A stretch of 64,000 nt of DNA from assembly GCA_030704615.1 (NCBI GenBank), contig CM060731.1:34348001-34412000 (forward strand). The letters are read 5' to 3'. Made by a program: the position numbers and the translations under genes. Below are positions 24,601-38,000 of the stretch, in pieces. The notes beneath the pieces were generated by a model. The model saw only the letters and a list, made by a program, of their open reading frames with translations. It did no database searches and was not told the origin of the DNA. Position 1 is the first letter of the stretch. Every line of letters starts with the position of its first letter. This DNA is from Takakia lepidozioides. Its lineage: Eukaryota > Plantae > Bryophyta.

Positions 24601-24614
24601 AGAGGAGGGGGTGA
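24601..24614 (+). promoter_or_regulatory. Polypurine tract of Gypsy-A
   Basis: AGAGGAGGGGGTGA immediately before TGTCATGG of the 3' LTR. Confidence 0.85.
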
Positions 24615-25279
24615 TGTCATGGACATAGCCCAGAGGAACTTACCAGGAATAAATACCAGAAGTTATCAAGTTACCATGTTACCGGAAGTTACCATGATTT
24701 ATCATGATTTACCATTATTTTTTATGATTTACCATTACTTACCAAGTTACCGGGAATTTATCAAATTACCAAGAGTAACTTGGGAAACTGCTCAGGAAGC
24801 TTCCTTTGGAGGAAACTTCTCCATCAAGATACCTCATTTGTTTAAGGAAGCTTCTCCATCAAGAAACCTTTGTTTAATCTTGGAAACTTCTCCAGCAAGA
24901 AACCTCCATAGGGGAAGTTTCTTAGATAAGTTTTTTAGGGAAGCTTCTTAGTAGCCAGTATATATAGGAGGCGAGAGTGGACACTCTTCAGTCTCGCCAA
25001 CACCAGTTCAAGCTACTCTTATTTCCAGTTCCCAGTACTCCAGTCCAGTTCCCAGTATCCTAGCCCAGTTTCCAGTATCTGGTACTCCAGTCCAGTTTCC
25101 AGCATTTCAGTATTCAAGTCGTGTTCCAATATCTTGTACCCTTATTCATTGTTATAAAAATCGTCTTGATTCCTATTTACTCATCGTGCATACGGCCACG
25201 ACGACCTTGACTTCTTGCCTAGTCTTGTACCTCTAGTCTGATCTCTTGTTTGTGTTCAGTCATGTTCTCGTCCTTGACA
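24615..25279 (+). repeat. 3' LTR of Gypsy-A (665 bp) with internal TTACCA-type short repeats
   Basis: TGTCA...TGACA termini; matches 11864-12310. Confidence 0.93.
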
Positions 25280-26129
25280 GGCCCTGGATCATAACGAGGT
25301 TATTAAGCAAGGGGAATGCATTGGGGGCTGCTGGTTTAATGGCAACAAGATTCCTACAGACTTAGCTGCTTTAATGGGTTCTGATGAGCTGGATTTGGCC
25401 TCTAGGGCTTTGAACGCTGGTTGTACTATGATCAGGGCCATTTTGGCCAAATCTGCCAAACACAAGGGCAAGGGTTTGCTCATTGAGAAGGAGAGTGAAG
25501 ATTACAGCTATCGGGAGGATGTAGACTCCTTCCTTAAGCCCTCGCACGAGTTCCCACCGACGCCTGCTGGGTCTCTTGCCCCGTTGCCTCTCTTTGCTAT
25601 GGATCTCTCTCCTCTGGTAACATCCTCCCCACTCCCCTCCTCTTGGCCCTCTGGAAATGTGGTTGTGTCATCTATGGCTGCCCGTCTGGCTCTGCCCCGG
25701 GCATCGGCCCCTCTGCTGGTACATTTCTTCACCTCTGCTCCCCTTTCTAAAAGCAGATGTCACCTGCTGGTCTCCTCTACCGGGAGTAGAAGAATTCCCT
25801 CTTTCTTTCTTTCGGAGCTGGATTTGTCTAGCCCTAGCTCAGTTCTTTTTTATCTATCTATCATGTTTGGGCTTCCTGTATTGTCTATGAGCTTGACCTT
25901 CTCGTATAGGCTGAAACGGCAGTTTTGCCTTTCTGACCAGACTAAGGGTTGTGCAAGTAAGATTTTGGTGGGGTTTATCCACCTGCGATTTCCTTGGCCT
26001 GTTTCTTCACCTCTCTTTTTCCTGGATTTCGGCACTTCCTGCTCATGATCGTCGCACAAAATTCTTTGTTTTTCCTGTCAGGCCATCTTTACAATGTGAT
26101 GCCTTGTGCCTGCTGCTTAATCTCCCTCT

Positions 26130-28591
26130 ATGAATTTGTCTCTTCATTCCTGGAATATTCGGGGTCTGGGTTCGGATACGTCTACTCCTAAACGAACCAG
26201 ACTGAAGCGTTGGTTGTCCAACCTTTCTCAATCTCTAGCAATTGTCTTCTTACAAGAACATGAGTTAAACATTCCAAGATTGTTTCTCTTGGCAATCAGG
26301 TTTGGCCTGATTCTGCTGCATGGTGGAACCCCACCCATGAGGGCTCGAGTGGGGGGACAACAATCCTTATTCATCCTTCTCTCCTTCCATCGGTCTCCTC
26401 TGTTGATACCTGGCTGCCGGGCCGAGTTCAATGTCTATTCCTTTCCACTCCTAAACCAGGCCGGTTTGTTGGGTCTTATCAATGTGTATGCTCCAAATTT
26501 GTCAGTAGATAGGGCTCATTTGTGGTGCCTCATTAGATCTAGAATCCTTGCTCTAGTTGAGGTACACCATTGGATTCTTGCAGGTGATTTTAACATGGTT
26601 GAGTCCCCCAATGATAGATTGGGATCTGATTCTCCTATTTTGTCTCCTTTTGAGGTTCAAGAACATTGGGAGGCACTCATACTCTCGGTGGGTCTTGCAG
26701 ACAATTACTCATTTCCTCTTTCTCCCGCATTTTCTTGGTCCAACAATAGGACCCCGTTGGGTCCATGCATGGCGAGGCTCGACACATTCTACTTCTCCGT
26801 TTCAATTCTTCCCTGGTTCCATTACCTGCCCATGGGTCCTATCCTATCTGAATTCGACCATGCCAAAGTTAGGGCCAATGTGGTTACTCCAGGGGCCAGA
26901 AATAGAGGACGTGGCTTCACTAAGATTAATGTAAATGTTTTGAAAGTCCCTCAGTACCTAGAGGCCTTGCAGGAGTGCTGGTCCAACTCTTCTAGTTGTT
27001 TTTCTTCGCCTACTCTTAGATTTTTGGATAAGTTACAGGCTTGTAGAAAGCTGTGCATCTCCCTAGCCAGGGAAATGGCAGAGGAGCGCATTAGATATGA
27101 AAAGGCTTTGGTGAAATGTCTTACTGTTTGTCAAAAACGTTAGAACGTAATAGTTTTGGTCCTCAAACCCTCATTTCTTATTCCGAAGCTAAACGTCGTC
27201 TCAGTCTTTTACAGCTCTCCAAAGACCCATTTATGAAGGTAAAGGCTGGGATAAACTGGTCTTTACAGGGGGGAAAAATGAGTAGGTACTTCTTTTTAAA
27301 AGCCAAGCAGCGGATGGCGGCCCCATCAATCTTGGCCCTTAAGGACCCTTCCAGCGTGTCTCAGTCTCATCCTAGGAAATTATCGTCCATTGCTAAAGAG
27401 TTCTTTAGGTCTCTTTACTCGGCTGATGTGGAGCCTGCCAGCATGGGTCATGCCAAGGAATTTGTCTGTAGCAGAATTCTTGTTATCCTTTCTAGTGAGC
27501 AAAGCAACTGTAGCCTGAATGTGCCTTTCTCTGTTATGGAATTAGAAGATGCTTTGAATGAATTGAAACATCTGAAATCCCTCGGCATTGATGGTATGCC
27601 TGCGGAGTTCTACCAAGCTATGTGGGTTACTATATCAGAAGATTTCCTTGACATGGCCAATGACATTCTGGCTAAGAATATCATGCCATCTCAATTATCG
27701 CAGGGGGTTATTGTTTTAATTTTTAAAAAAGGGGATCGTTCGGACATCGCTAATTACCGTCCAATTACTCTTTTGAATGTCTCCTATAAAATTATTGCGA
27801 AGACCCTGGCCCGGCGGCTTCAAATTCTTTTACCATGTCTCATTAGACCTGCTCAGTCTGGCTTCGTTAGAATGATTCTTGACAATATCATTCTTGCTAA
27901 TGAAGCATTGGCTTTTGCTGCGCATACTAATCAGCTTTTGGCTTTGCTTCTTCTCGATTTTTTGAGAAGGCTTTTGATAGAATAGATTGGAACTTTCTCC
28001 TTATGGCCATTCAGCGTTCTAGTATTCACTCTCAATTTCTGGCCCGGGTTAAAATCTTGCTGTTTTCAGCCTCTAGTCGTGTCATGACCAATGGGTTGCT
28101 CTCTAAAGCCTTTCCTTTACAATGGTCGGTCCGTCAAGGTTGTCCTCTCTCACCCTTCTTATTTATGATCGCTACTGATTGCTTGGGACACCTTATGGAC
28201 TCCCAACAGCATATTTGTGGTCTGCAGATCCCCATCCCTAATTCCCCTTCTCCTTTCAATCTTATGCTCTCTATGTACGGAGATGACACCGTTTTCTATC
28301 TTCAAAATGACAACCTTCTCATGATTGAGGCTTTTTTTAACACCCTTGAGTGGTTTTGTTTAGCTTCAGGGTTCAAAGTCAACTGGTCTAAATTAGTTGG
28401 CATTTTGTCTTTGCTTACGGATCAATCTGCTGCTCACCTACCTTCGTGGGGGCAGGATAAGGGTCTCTGTTGGTTACCAGAAGGTGATTCCTGCAAACTT
28501 TTGGACCACCTCATTGGGCAAGAGATGCATTTTGCCCCTATCCTTTGCTCCCTCAAGGCCAAGCTTTCCTATTGGTCTTTGGCCAGACTAT
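26130..28591 (+). pseudogene. LINE ORF2 5' part (AP endonuclease + reverse transcriptase)
   Basis: SWNIRGLG, VFLQEH, INVYAPN, ILAGDFN, ARLDTFY, DH; GIDGMPAEFY, NYRPITLLNVSYKIIAK, SVRQGCPLSPFLF, MYGDDT; stops and frameshifts present. Confidence 0.93.
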
Positions 28592-28778
28592 CACTACAAC
28601 AGATGAGCATTTTTATGACTTCACATATGACTATTTTTTTAGTCTTATATGCGTTGAAAAAAGCCCTGTCATAGCGACTAGTCTTTAGGACTGCGTTTTT
28701 CAAGTCATATCCGTGACTGCTTGCATGGCACCTGGAGTCCTGCTGCAGAGAGGGTTGCAGTCACAACTATATGACTAA

Positions 28779-29190
28779 TATATGACTACATTGTCTGTTG
28801 AGCGCTGCCTACATGGAGAGGCTTCAGCGGGACACGTGCGCCACTGCACAAGCGACACGTCATGCATTCGTCAGGGGATCATATGACTATATGTCTGCAA
28901 AGTGATGCCTACATGGAGAGGCGACGGATGGACAAGTGTGCCACTGCGAATTTGACATGTCACGACTTCTTGCCATGATCATATGACTACATGTCTGCAC
29001 AGTGATGCCTACATGGAGAGGCGCTAGCGGGACACGTGTGCTATGGCAGATTTCACACGTGGTGACTACATGACTCGCTCATATGACTACAGGGATGTCT
29101 ACATGGAGAGTTGTTAGCGGGACACATGTTGCACTTGAGATGTGATATGTGGCACACAGACAAAATATATGACTAGCATATATGACTACG
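28779..29190 (+). repeat. Subterminal tandem array, about four ~100-bp units, of CACTA-2
   Basis: Units begin ATATGACTA at ~28779, 28881, 28981, 29081 and share CTACATGGAGAG and GGACA(C/A)(G/A)TG. Confidence 0.85.
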
Positions 29191-29732
29191 GATCTTTACA
29201 CGTGGTGAAAATATGGATAAAGAATGTCGTGTCATATACTGCCACGTGTTCTGGTTTGAGCAAGAGTGATGTCACGTGTCATCAAGATTGTTTTCCGAAA
29301 TAGTTTATATTTTTAATGTTTATTTTTTATTTTTTAGTTTTTATTTAATATTTAAAAGAACATGGAGATTGCAGCCTTGAATTTTTTTTTAAATGGTATT
29401 TTTTAATATTATTATTTAAAATGAAAGTGAATTAAATGTTTTAAATTCTTCATTACATGGTGAAATTCCAACATGAACCCTCCTGCATACTATCAACCAC
29501 AAGGAGAATGAAAATAGTCAACTACAAGGCAATACAAGCCCTATAAATCACATTACAAAATCCAAATGAGACCAATGTCCCAATGGACACCTCAAAAGCC
29601 ACAAGGTCAAAAAATCCATGCCTCAAAAGGCCTAGCAAAAAACAAGCAAGCCCACACATGGGCTGAATTGTTGTAGTTAGTATGTTCTAGTGCTATCAGA
29701 ATCAAGAACTTTGTTAAACAGTGCAATACTGA

Positions 29733-32700
29733 CTATCCCTTCCGCAGCTCCATAAGTTTCAGTAACTTTAGACTCCAAAGTGTTGTGTGGCCAACCACCT
29801 GCCCCAACTCGGTATGTTTCGTAACACCATTCACATATGGTAGAGGGGTGTTACTGACACATGTCTCTTTGATGTACACACAGGCATAATCAAGGGGCAC
29901 AATAGGGTACCCGTAACCCACCACAGCACCTTGAAGAGCAACAATCAGCCCTACTCCACATTTCTTGCGTTTGGAGTTCACATCCAACAGCCGAACCTCG
30001 TCACCCACCCTGAACTGTGATCCCAACTCCACACAAAAAAGAACACGATGTGAAACCCATGACATACACACGACTAGGACACTCAACATTTGCGAATTAA
30101 AGAGAGCCCCAAGGTTGGAAAAAATAAAACAAACAAGACAAGGGCCTTGACTTACTCTATTTGCAGTCTCCAGTGGTTGTGAGACCTCTTTTGGGGGGCT
30201 ACTCGCCGGGTCGACACTCTTGTCTGTACCGGCTTGTCGACAATATCACCTATGTTTGTCACAAGTTCCTGTGTCACAGACCAGAGAACAACCAGGAAAG
30301 CAATGAGCAAACATGAATAGTGAATAGAAACAAAATCCAAGTATGAATCAAACAAAAAAATCCAACATGAAAACCTGCAAAGAAAACCTAGCATTAATCA
30401 AGCAACCGAGGAGAAGCATCCAGGAAAGCAATGCAATGAATGAACCCACAAAATTGTAGCCTCTGGAGCACTGTCAGAATGTTTGTACCTTCACAGTAGC
30501 AGTGTTGTATGGTTGTTGTCCGAAAACAGGCTGAGACTCCAAAAACTTGGGAATACTGGCAGCTTTCGATGCCTTCCACAAGAAAGGCCACAACACCTCT
30601 GTTAGATACTCATCAGTTGGTGAATCTGGTTGCACTTTCCATGGCTCTGGAAAAATCCCACTGAAGGGAGGATTGTTTGCCGCCTTTCTTGGTGTGTCGT
30701 CAACAAGAAAAGTGTCCTCATAAGTCCATTCTGGCCAGTCTGCCCACACTCTAGACAAGTTCTTGAAATATAATGGCTTTGAATCAGACCCCTTACGGCA
30801 TGGGAGGACTGGATCCTCGTCACAGTGAAGGGCATCCCACTGGAAAACCAGTTTAGTGTGGGCTGCAAAAATATAGTCCACCATTGGGAAGAAGTTGCGA
30901 GCTTGGCAACAAGACCACACCGCCACCTCAAAGTGTTCAAAACACTTTTGCAAAAAGTCATAACAGCGTGGTCTCAAAACTACCATCTTCTTGCCACACA
31001 TCTTCCCCACAAAACCTTTGGGAAGGGATGCAGGCCCATTAGCAGAATGAAAAGATTCACATAACAGACCATTTAAGTCCAGAATTAGTAAATGCTTTCT
31101 CGTTGGTCCAGGAAGTAAACTGTCATTTGGCTTCAACATGTGAGCAGGAGAAATTAAAGCAACCTGCTTGTTTGTTTTGTCCCCGTCTGCATCTTCCTCC
31201 CCATTTAAACCCCCACATACCTACATACCAGAATCCGGTGTGCCCGACGGCTCTGTCACCATTGCCCCCTGGACTGCTACTGCCTTTGTACGTGGCAAGG
31301 GCTGAATTTCCACGTGTACCTCACAGCTGGCCTTCCCTGTATCTTGCTGCTGCTCGGTCAAATTCAAAAGATCATCAGTGACAGGAAGACATAAGGGCTT
31401 AGAGTGAGCACCAGTTACCGTCTGAAATTGGGATTCCAAACATTTTGATACTGTCACAGCAGACGCATCCATCGTAGATGTCACTGGTCCTGCGCCTGGT
31501 AGATTAATCCCCAATCTGGTCACAATGGCTTTCTGGTACTTGATCATACTCTGCATCTGTAATTTTAATTCTGCCATGTCACGTCCTTGTGATTCCACCA
31601 GTTTGTCCAAGCCATCCATCCTACCAACTACTGTAGAATATGCGAGACTTCCCTCCTGCCAATCCATGAAAACTTGCCCAAGTATGAATCAAACAAAAAA
31701 AACCTAGCATGAACAACCATTGGAAAGAAAACCCAGGCCAAAAGCCTTGAAAAAAACCCAAGCAACCTATGATGCAACAACCACTCTAGCAAACGTGGAA
31801 AACACACTTACCCGCCTGTCACTCCCAGCTGACAACCGTGACACTGAACCCTCTTGAATTTCATATAATGTAGGAGGGCACCCTGATAGTGTTTCCTACA
31901 AATTAATCCATGCCACAAACAAACCCATGCCACAAGTCAGTAAGCAATGTGAGGGCTGACTATATAAACATAGCAATTCAATGAGGAACAAAATATAGAG
32001 TCGTGATGATGCCACTTACCAAGCGTGCTTCCACCATTGCCTTCCCACCACGGCCAGTCTTGGTAGGATTCTGAATTGCACCATTTGTCCTTCTTCATGT
32101 TGCCCGACACTTTGTGGAACACCTCTGTCTGCCAGTAACTTACAAGCTTGTTCCATACCTCGGAAGATACAGTAATGGGTTTCCCCTTACCACCCAACCA
32201 CGCAGTGTGTGCTTCATAACGCTGGCTCTTCATTATTCTGCCAATTGTTTGTTTTAGGTGGAAGTCTTTTAACTTGTGTGGCGTATATGAAAATAGCTTA
32301 GCTAGGTGATCTCTGATTTCGTATACAACTTCATCAGGTTGGTTGTTGATGGCAAGGAACAATCTAGCTTGCGATAAGCCTGTCCTTTAAGGGCAGCGTG
32401 CCATACATTCCGGGTCTGACCATACGGGGCTCCTTTGAGGTTCGTCAAAATCACCGTGGGAGGAAGACCTACAGCTATTCTCTCTTCCTTCACCTTGGCA
32501 GCTTCAATTTTGGCTGAGCTATTAGCCCTCCTTAAAGCATTGGTTCTATCATTCTTTGAAACGGCACCCTCCCCTCCTTCAGAGACCTCCGTGCGCTCAG
32601 GAGAATTCAAAGCAGGATCGTGCCAAGTAGGGACTGGTGGCCATGGCTGTTGGCCAGAAGGCCGAGGACCATACAAGCCATACTGTCCATAAGCATGAGG

Positions 32701-33960
32701 ATATTCCGGTGGCCTGCCACCCCCATAGCTATTAGGGGGTGGCAAATATGGTGGAGGAGGATACTGGCCATACTGCCCATATGGAGGAGCACCATATTGA
32801 CCCTGACCATACTGAGTGCCAGACTGTGGGTACTGAGGCATACCATAATAAGGTGGGGGTACTGGTGGCACAGAACCCACAACGATGGGAGAGTTAGGGC
32901 CACCTCCTGCGTTCTTGTGGGCGCCATCTCCATTGCTAGCAGCAGGGATCGTGGATCTAGTGCGCTTGTGCTTGCCCTGAAAAGAAATTCCCCCAGTACA
33001 ATGTGGGTGATTACACATACATATAGGCAGCAAGCAGCAAATCCTTGAATTCGATATAAGAAACTGGAAGCACATATCATTTGTAAAGACAAGATTACCC
33101 AAAACTCAGTATGATCTTGGGCAGTAAATCTCCCAAATTTGATTGGCCCCAATGATGTCCTCCCAGTACATTTTTGAACCCTCTTAGGTATGGGGTGTTC
33201 CTGAAATCCATAGCAAGAATTCAAATGAACAAACCTGATGGGTCCATGAGAAGTATCCCTCCAAGTTTTACTGATATTCTGGGTGCATAAGTAACCCAAG
33301 TATCTCTATAAGTAGCCATTGTAGCTTAGTACCAGGACGTTGGTTTCATGGGGCAAAGAATTTGAACACACCTGAAGTCTACATTGGCCTGACATCATGC
33401 CTTTGGCACTTCAACTTGTCTAGTGGAAATCATTCGTGATTGTGCCTTGGCTGACCCCTACATTGTCCAACTTCCTTGTCTTGACAGACATACCCTATCT
33501 CTTCATGATCTTACCATACCCTATCTCTTCGTGATTTTACCAAAAACATACATAATTGAATCATGGTCATTGTGAAGAACTATAACTCACAGACGGAGAA
33601 AGTGTTCGTAGTGTAGATGATGGGCGTTTTTGTCCTGCGACATGAGCATGGGCATGTTTCTCCTCGGCTTGCCGTGGCATCCGCCGACGACGCACTCGCC
33701 TCGCACTGGCGTGGGAGGAGTGGATCGTCCTCATCGTCCTCAGAAGAGCCCTCCTGTAGAATCGTAGTCTTCATCGTCTTCAGTCTGGCACTTTGCCTTG
33801 CAGGACCTTGATCCCTAGCTTTTTCCTTCGGAGCGCGTGGCTTGCGAGGGCGATTTGCTCCCGCAAGCCTGCACAAACACCTCCATGACCTCCCTCTCAA
33901 ACAATCACAAACAAATGTAAGCATACATACCCTAATACTCTTAAGCCTACGCTGAACCAC
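29733..33960 (-). pseudogene. TnpA-like accessory gene of CACTA-2 with embedded FCP1/NIF HAD-phosphatase domain (multi-exon, frameshifted)
   Basis: Basic/acidic exon (33580-33960); Y/G/P/Q-rich + Transposase_24-like (VWNKLVSYWQT...EARL|gtaag); coiled coil (31221-31667); HAD domain (30474-31139); Tnp1-like C-terminus (FRVGDEVRLL...YACVYIKE...PLPY...TTLW, 29733-30089). Start is approximate. Confidence 0.78.
30520..31105 (-). other. FCP1/SCP-like (NIF) HAD phosphatase domain in CACTA-2 TnpA
   Basis: RKHLLILDLNGLLCES, LRPRCYDFL, VAVWSCC, VFQWDALHC, YFKNLSRVW, DTFLVDDTPRK, NPPFSGIFP; open frame. Confidence 0.9.
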
Positions 33961-35008
33961 AGCCGCACCCTACCAGGACGTAATGGCTGCCCACGAATGA
34001 CGGCGGACATCTCCCGCCTAATGAACACCCTCCTCAAACCTAATCGTCACTCACTGCATGTTGTTTGCCTCTCTGTTTGTACAAGTCGCAGCTACTCGCC
34101 CCCATTTGTGCTATGAAGCTTATGATCGTTGTAGGAAGGTTAGAGGATAAGGCGAATCGCAAGTTTAGTGGTGGGTATCCAAAGTCAGGAACTAAACTCA
34201 CCCATCTATCGACTGCTTGAACGTTGCTTCCACCACCTCTTTATGGCAGCAATCCGGCGCTCTCGGAACTTCTCGTACTCAGTGAGAGGGACTGTCACTT
34301 CAAAGACCTTCCGCTTCACCATGGACACTCAGAAACGATACTTACAGTATACTATAGATATAGAAATAGCACATTGGCAGCTGGTGCAAAACAAGAGACA
34401 ATGCACTGTGCGTAGTATGCAAAGAGGGAAGGGGTGACGTTCAAAGCATGTACAGTGCAGGTGGCGACCGGATGCGTAGGCGTAGAATAGATGACCGTCT
34501 ATGACGAATGGAAGAAGCTTATGCCACAAGGAATGGGCATACAAAAATGCTATGCAACTGCGATGAGTGTCATGGAGGAAAGTACTGTTGTTGGAAACAG
34601 TGAGGAATCATTACATGATACACGGGAGGGATCCTCTTCTCCCGACGCTGTTCTCTTCTTCCGTAAGATCGCCACTTTCCCTTCAGCACTTTAGTTTGAA
34701 TTTTGAATACAACGATCCTCTTCTCCACATGTCGACATTTCGTTGGGTGATTATAGTCAAGAAGTCATAAGATACAGACGTGACTATGACTACGCCACTT
34801 CCGTGGTCACTTTAATTAATGCACATGTCGTGTTTTCATTGGTCATGTGTAGTCATGTAGTCATATATGACTAAGTAAGTGACTGCAACTATGACTTCAA
34901 TGGCTACAAATATCGTGTTTTGATTGGGTGTATATTCATAAGATACATACGTAAATATGACTGCATCACTGCAACGTCACCGTGCCTCCTATGTCATAAT
35001 ATGAACAA

Positions 35009-38000
35009 GTGTCACATCGTTGTTGGTCCACTCACAAGATGACTATTGGGATGCACGGATGTGAATATTCAGATGATGAAGACGAAGGCCCTGCGGCACA
35101 GCGGGAGCCCAATGTCACAGAGAACGCAGATGAGAGTGGTGGATTGGAGGTAGAAATGCAGCGTGCATTGCAGGAAGCGTTTCTCTTTGCAGATGCAAAC
35201 AGAGATGACCCCATTCATGGTGGAACCGATCACACATTTGCCGATCATGACGATGATCTCGACGATTCCGGATGCATTTGTGGATGAGCTTCTGGGATTG
35301 TTGCGTAAGAGTTTTTTGCCTAAAGAGAATTCGTTGCCGAAAACTCACTATGAAGCAAAAACCATGATTGCCAAGATGGGATTGCAGTACACCATGATTC
35401 ATGCCTGTGAGCGTGGTTGTGTACTCTTCCGTGGGGAGTATGAGAATGTAGACATTTGCCCAGTGTGCCGCAGTTCCCGTTACATTCCAGGTCGTGGAAG
35501 TGTGCCCAAGAAAGTATTGCGACACTTCCCTGTCATTCCAAGGTTGAAACGTATGTACCGATGTAAATCGATCGCTAACCTCATGACATGGCACGACAGA
35601 CATAAGAGCCAGGATGGGTTGGTTTGACATCTAGCTGATAGCAAAGCATGGAGACACATTGACACCACATTTGAGGATTTTGCTACAGAGCCACGATCTC
35701 TGCGATTTGGATTGGCCTTAGACGGTGTAAATCCCTACTGAGCTCAATCCACAAGTTGGAGCACATGGCCCGTTCTCTGGTCAATTACAATCTGCCTCTG
35801 CCTCCGTGTTAATGACCAAAAAGTTCTTTGTCATGTTAGCGCTACTACTGATTCCTGGTAAGGAGTTTGTTACCCTCGGACAACGTAGATGTTTACCTGA
35901 TGCCCCTAGTGGAAGAGCTATTGGAACTATGGAGAGGGATTGCAGCTCATGATGTTTCCCGTCCTCGTGGTCAACGCGAATTCACACTGAGGGCAGTGTT
36001 GATGTGGTCAATCCATGACTACCCTGCATATGGCTTGCTCTCAGGTCAAGTGACGAAAGGTTATGCTGGTTGTCCAGCTTGTGGACCCGGGGTGACTTCA
36101 CACAGCAGTTACACACATGTGGAAAAAATGGTTTTCCTAGGCCACCGAAGATTTTTGGCCCGCAATCATCCATATAGAAGGTCAGAGAATGTTCAATGGC
36201 GCTACTGAGCACAGAACTCCTCCAAAAACGCAGACTGGAACACAAATCAAGGAGCTTGCAACAGCTCGCACTGCATTGGTGGAAAACGGAGGGACGCTTG
36301 ATAGCAGGACAACACCCAGCAAAAACTCATGGAGTTAAGCGATTGTCAATTTATATGTCTTACCTCATTGGGAGATAATTCCTTCATGGCCTTTAAATTG
36401 GCTGTGTACATTTTTGCGTTTTCTGTTTAAATTGTGATGAGTAAATGCTCAATTGCTTATGTGTTCATTTTGTAGGGTCTCCTCATCCGCCACACGTTTG
36501 ACGCAATGCATTGCGAGAAGAACTTGGCTGAAATATTATTAAAACTATCTTTGTGAGAAAGACACATTGAAAGTTCGCCGTGATTTGGAGCTACTTGGGA
36601 TGCGCCCGGAATTGTGGCTACAACGTGATCCTGACAGAGTAGATACGTTAATTATGCCTCCTGCCCCCTTATGTCCTCACTGAGGCTGAGTTACAAGTCT
36701 TTCTGGAGATTGTGCAGAACTTGAAAGTGCCAACAGGCTACGAATCAGCTTTCAAAAAGCATGTGGTGAAGAAGAAGTTGTCTGGCATGAAATCACATGA
36801 CTATCATGTGCTTATGCAACAAATTATACCGCTTGCTATCCGTGGGCTCATGCCAAGTGGTCCTCGAAGGGCCATTTTGCGAGTATGTCGTGTATTTAAG
36901 AAGTTGTGTGCAAAAGTGGTGAATCCTGTAGAGTATGAGGAATTGAGAACTGAAGCAGTTCTCACTCTGTGTCTTATAGAGAAGGAGTTTCCCACCATCA
37001 TTTTTTATGTGATGACACATCTGGTTGTTCACCCTAGTGGATGAGTTGTACTTATGCGGGCCCGTAGCATCTCGTTGGATGTACCCCATGGAGCGGGCAA
37101 TGAAAGAGATGAAGGGCTACGTAAGAAACATGGCAAGGCCTGAGAGGAGCATGGCAGAAGGATACCAATTTGAAGAAGCATTGGGTTTTTGCACAGAGTA
37201 TATGGCAGGATTTGATGGAAGTGTACGAAGGGTGTGGGATGCAGATGAGGCAGAATCTGTGGAACGTGAAGTGGTGGAAGGAAGTTCTAAAGCCCGAAAA
37301 TTGAATGACCTGTGTGATATTGTACATGAGTACATCATTCAGAACCATCCTCGTCTGTCAGTCATGTTGGGTAAGAATCTACTTCATTGACATTCAGATT
37401 TCCAAGTTTTAGTCATTTATCATTAGTTGGCATATGGCGTCTTTTCAAATCTCCCACGCCACCTTTGTCAATCTCCTGGCTGACCCTCGGATTGTGACAG
37501 GATATAGAAAGCAGAGTCCACACGGATAGAAGCCAGACGACGCTTGTTTCGTGAGGAGCAAGGGCTGGAAGGCATGAGCAATCCCACGGCAATTCAGTAC
37601 CCTCCTGATTTGCATCCTTGTCCTCCATTTGCTGTTTGGCTCCCTCAAGGTGTACGGGATCATCTCTCAATTCAATCAGATGGGCTTGATCCTACAACAC
37701 GTGAGGAATTACTGGATCTTTCAAGGCCTCCATCATTTACTACTGCCCTGTCATTCAAGAGTATGACAGCGTATGTTAACCATTACAGGGTTACATCCCC
37801 CGCCATGAACAACAACAAGTATGGTGTCTTTTGATTGTGGAGTCTCATCTGTTTTCCAGCACCAGCCCATTACCAACAATTCAGGCAATGACATGGAGGA
37901 ACCTACAAGATATGTGGGTTCTTATAAGGGAGATTTTGCAAATTGACTATGGCCAAACACAGCCTATAGTGTTTTTGTGTTCGTGGGTACGGGCGAGTCG

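Larger units (their letters stand above)
11864..25279 (+). mobile_element. Ty3/gypsy chromovirus, Tcn1/Tf1-sushi-like ('Gypsy-A'), degenerate
   Basis: Two LTRs ending TCCTTGACA (12310, 25279). PEG10-like gag (PEKFNG..FRGF, LSGTALSWF, CLYCGEDDHIALNC), protease LLDSGA, RT (IYLDDILIF), RNase H ([10 protein letters not shown]), integrase (HPQTDGQTERVNQ, GPFKI), chromodomain (YEVDEVLDSR...TWEP), PPT before the 3' LTR. Confidence 0.93.

Noticed and set aside
28779-29190. Regularly spaced repeats resembling a CRISPR array
   Set aside because: Whole ~100-bp units are homologous (no unique spacers), there are no cas genes, the context is eukaryotic, and CACTA subterminal repeats explain it.
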